A stretch of 64,000 bases of DNA. Source: Podarcis liolepis. Taxonomy: Eukaryota. Below, in pieces: positions 62,399 through 64,000 of the stretch. The first letter of the stretch is position 1. Each line of letters opens with the position of its first letter. The stretch lies in NCBI GenBank assembly GCA_965112155.1, contig OZ218102.1; one strand, 5' to 3'. Below the pieces are notes generated by a model. It did not search any database, was not told the origin of the DNA, and saw nothing but the letters and a program-made list of their open reading frames with translations. The position numbers and the translations under genes were made by a program.

Positions 62399-64000
62399 GC
62401 AGAGGAGGAAGGCGATTAAGGCAATTAAGGTTGAAGACACAACATTATAACTTACCGCTTCCCAGCATTTTCTATGCGAATGTGAGATCTTTGGTGAATA
62501 AGCTGGAGGAGTGGAAATTGTGGATAGCAACGGAGAAAACTGTGAGTGAATGCTGTCTTCTGCTGCTTACAGAAACTTGGCTGACACCAATTATTCCTGA
62601 CTCAGCCATAGAACTAACAGGCTATACAGTGTTCCACCATGATAGAACAGAGGACTCTGGTAAAAGAAGGGGGGGAGGTTTGTGTGCATACGTGAATAAC
62701 AGCTGGTGCACAAACCACGCTGTGATAGCCAGTCATTGCTCCCCAAGTGTGGAATTTATGGCGCTTAAATGCAGACCTATATATCTCCCCCGAGAATTTA
62801 CAGCAGTACTGATAACTATAGTATACATTGCACCTGATGCGAACATCAATGAGGCAATGGGTCTTCTGCATGATGCCATCAGCAGACAACAAGGCAAGTA
62901 TCCCAAGGCTGCATTTCTTGTATGCGGGGATTTCAACCAGGCAGATTTGAAAGTGGTCCTACCTAAATTCTATCAACACATAAAGTGTGCAACCAGGGGA
63001 GAAAGGACTCTGGACAGGCTGTATACAAATGTCAAACAGGCCTATAAGGCCGAACCACTGGCACATCTAGGCCAATCTGATCATGTGTCCCTGCTCCTGA
63101 CTCCTGAATATATTCCACTGAGGAAACGGACTCCAGCTATAAAGAGGGATATTACAATATGGCCAGCTGAAGCATCCCAACAACTACAAGACTGTTTTCA
63201 TGACACCGATTGGGAGGTATTCGCCCAACAGGATGTAGAGACTCATACTGAGCAAGTGTTGGACTATATTAGGTTCTGCACTGACAATGTAACACGGAGG
63301 CGCCGGATAAAGATCTACCCAAACAGGAAGCCCTGAATGACAAGGGAGGTTCAGGGGTTGCTAAAGGCAAGAAATACTGCTTTCAGAAGTGGAAATAAGT
63401 CGTTGTACAGCTTAGCTAGAGCGGATTTAAAGAGAGGTATCCGTGTAGCAAAGGAGGCGTATAGACAGCGGCTGGAGAATCATCTACAAAGTAACAACAC
63501 CAGGCAGGTGTGGCAAGGTGTACAAGAATTAACAGGGTATAAATCCAAGGATTCCCTGGCAGACGAGGGAGGGGCATCCCTCGCAGAGGATTTGAATGCC
63601 TTTTTTGCCCGTTTTGAAGTAACATCTGCAGCAACACCTGCTGAGGCTTTACCACCACCACCACTCCCTGTGAAGGCCTTGCCACCATCACCATCATCAG
63701 TACAAAGGAATGTAGTAGTCTCTGTGGAAAAAGAAGAGATGAGGAAGGTGTTGAAGGGAATCAACCCAAGGAAGGCCACAGGGCCAGATGGGGTAGCTGG
63801 AAGGGTATTGAGAGACTGTGCAGATCAACTAGCAGGAGTCTTCACTGGGATCTTAAATCGATCCCTAGCCCAGGCTATTGTTCCATCCTGCCTAAAGTCC
63901 TCTACTATCGTTCCAATAGCAAAAAAATCTAACCCGGAAGATCTGAATGACTTTCGTCCACTAGCACTCACACCTATAATCATGAAGTGCTTTGAAAAAC
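62399..64000 (+). mobile_element. Rex1/Babar-type LINE, APE endonuclease to start of RT, runs off the window; one premature stop at 63334-63336
   Basis: Motifs ANVRSLVNK, LTETWL, DRTEDSGKRRGGGLC, GDFN, TLD, SDH; after the TGA the same frame continues open through KATGPDG...FRPLALTPIIMKCFEK. Confidence 0.88.

Noticed and set aside
62291-62530. PolyQ/polyL ORF
   Set aside because: Translation of the (AAT)n(TGT)n microsatellite.

Overview
Vertebrate genomic DNA, most likely from a lacertid lizard, judged from Sauria/Squam1 SINEs plus BovB, CR1, L2, L1, Rex1 and squamate-type hAT and Tc1/mariner MITEs. The one clear host gene is SGMS1 (sphingomyelin synthase 1) on the minus strand. Its five coding exons (17106-16487, 13556-13439, 10024-9871, 8148-7982, 7348-7169) all have GT-AG boundaries and join into a 412-aa SAM-domain SMS protein. 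The ~1.45-kb 3' UTR contains a 156-N gap and ends near an AATAAA at 5733-5738. Positions ~17.3-64 kb are probably SGMS1 5'-UTR introns, with two candidate non-coding exons (60436-60294 and 49605-49534). The most interesting observation is an AUG-dense leader with a 51-aa uORF in the first coding exon that extends to a 69-aa spliced ORF if the 49.6-kb exon is real. The rest is a dense, partly nested transposon landscape with readable TSDs, including a Rex1/Babar-type LINE ORF broken by a single stop and a BovB split into inverted halves. I found no prokaryote-type system such as CRISPR. Family names and human comparisons are from memory, not from searches.
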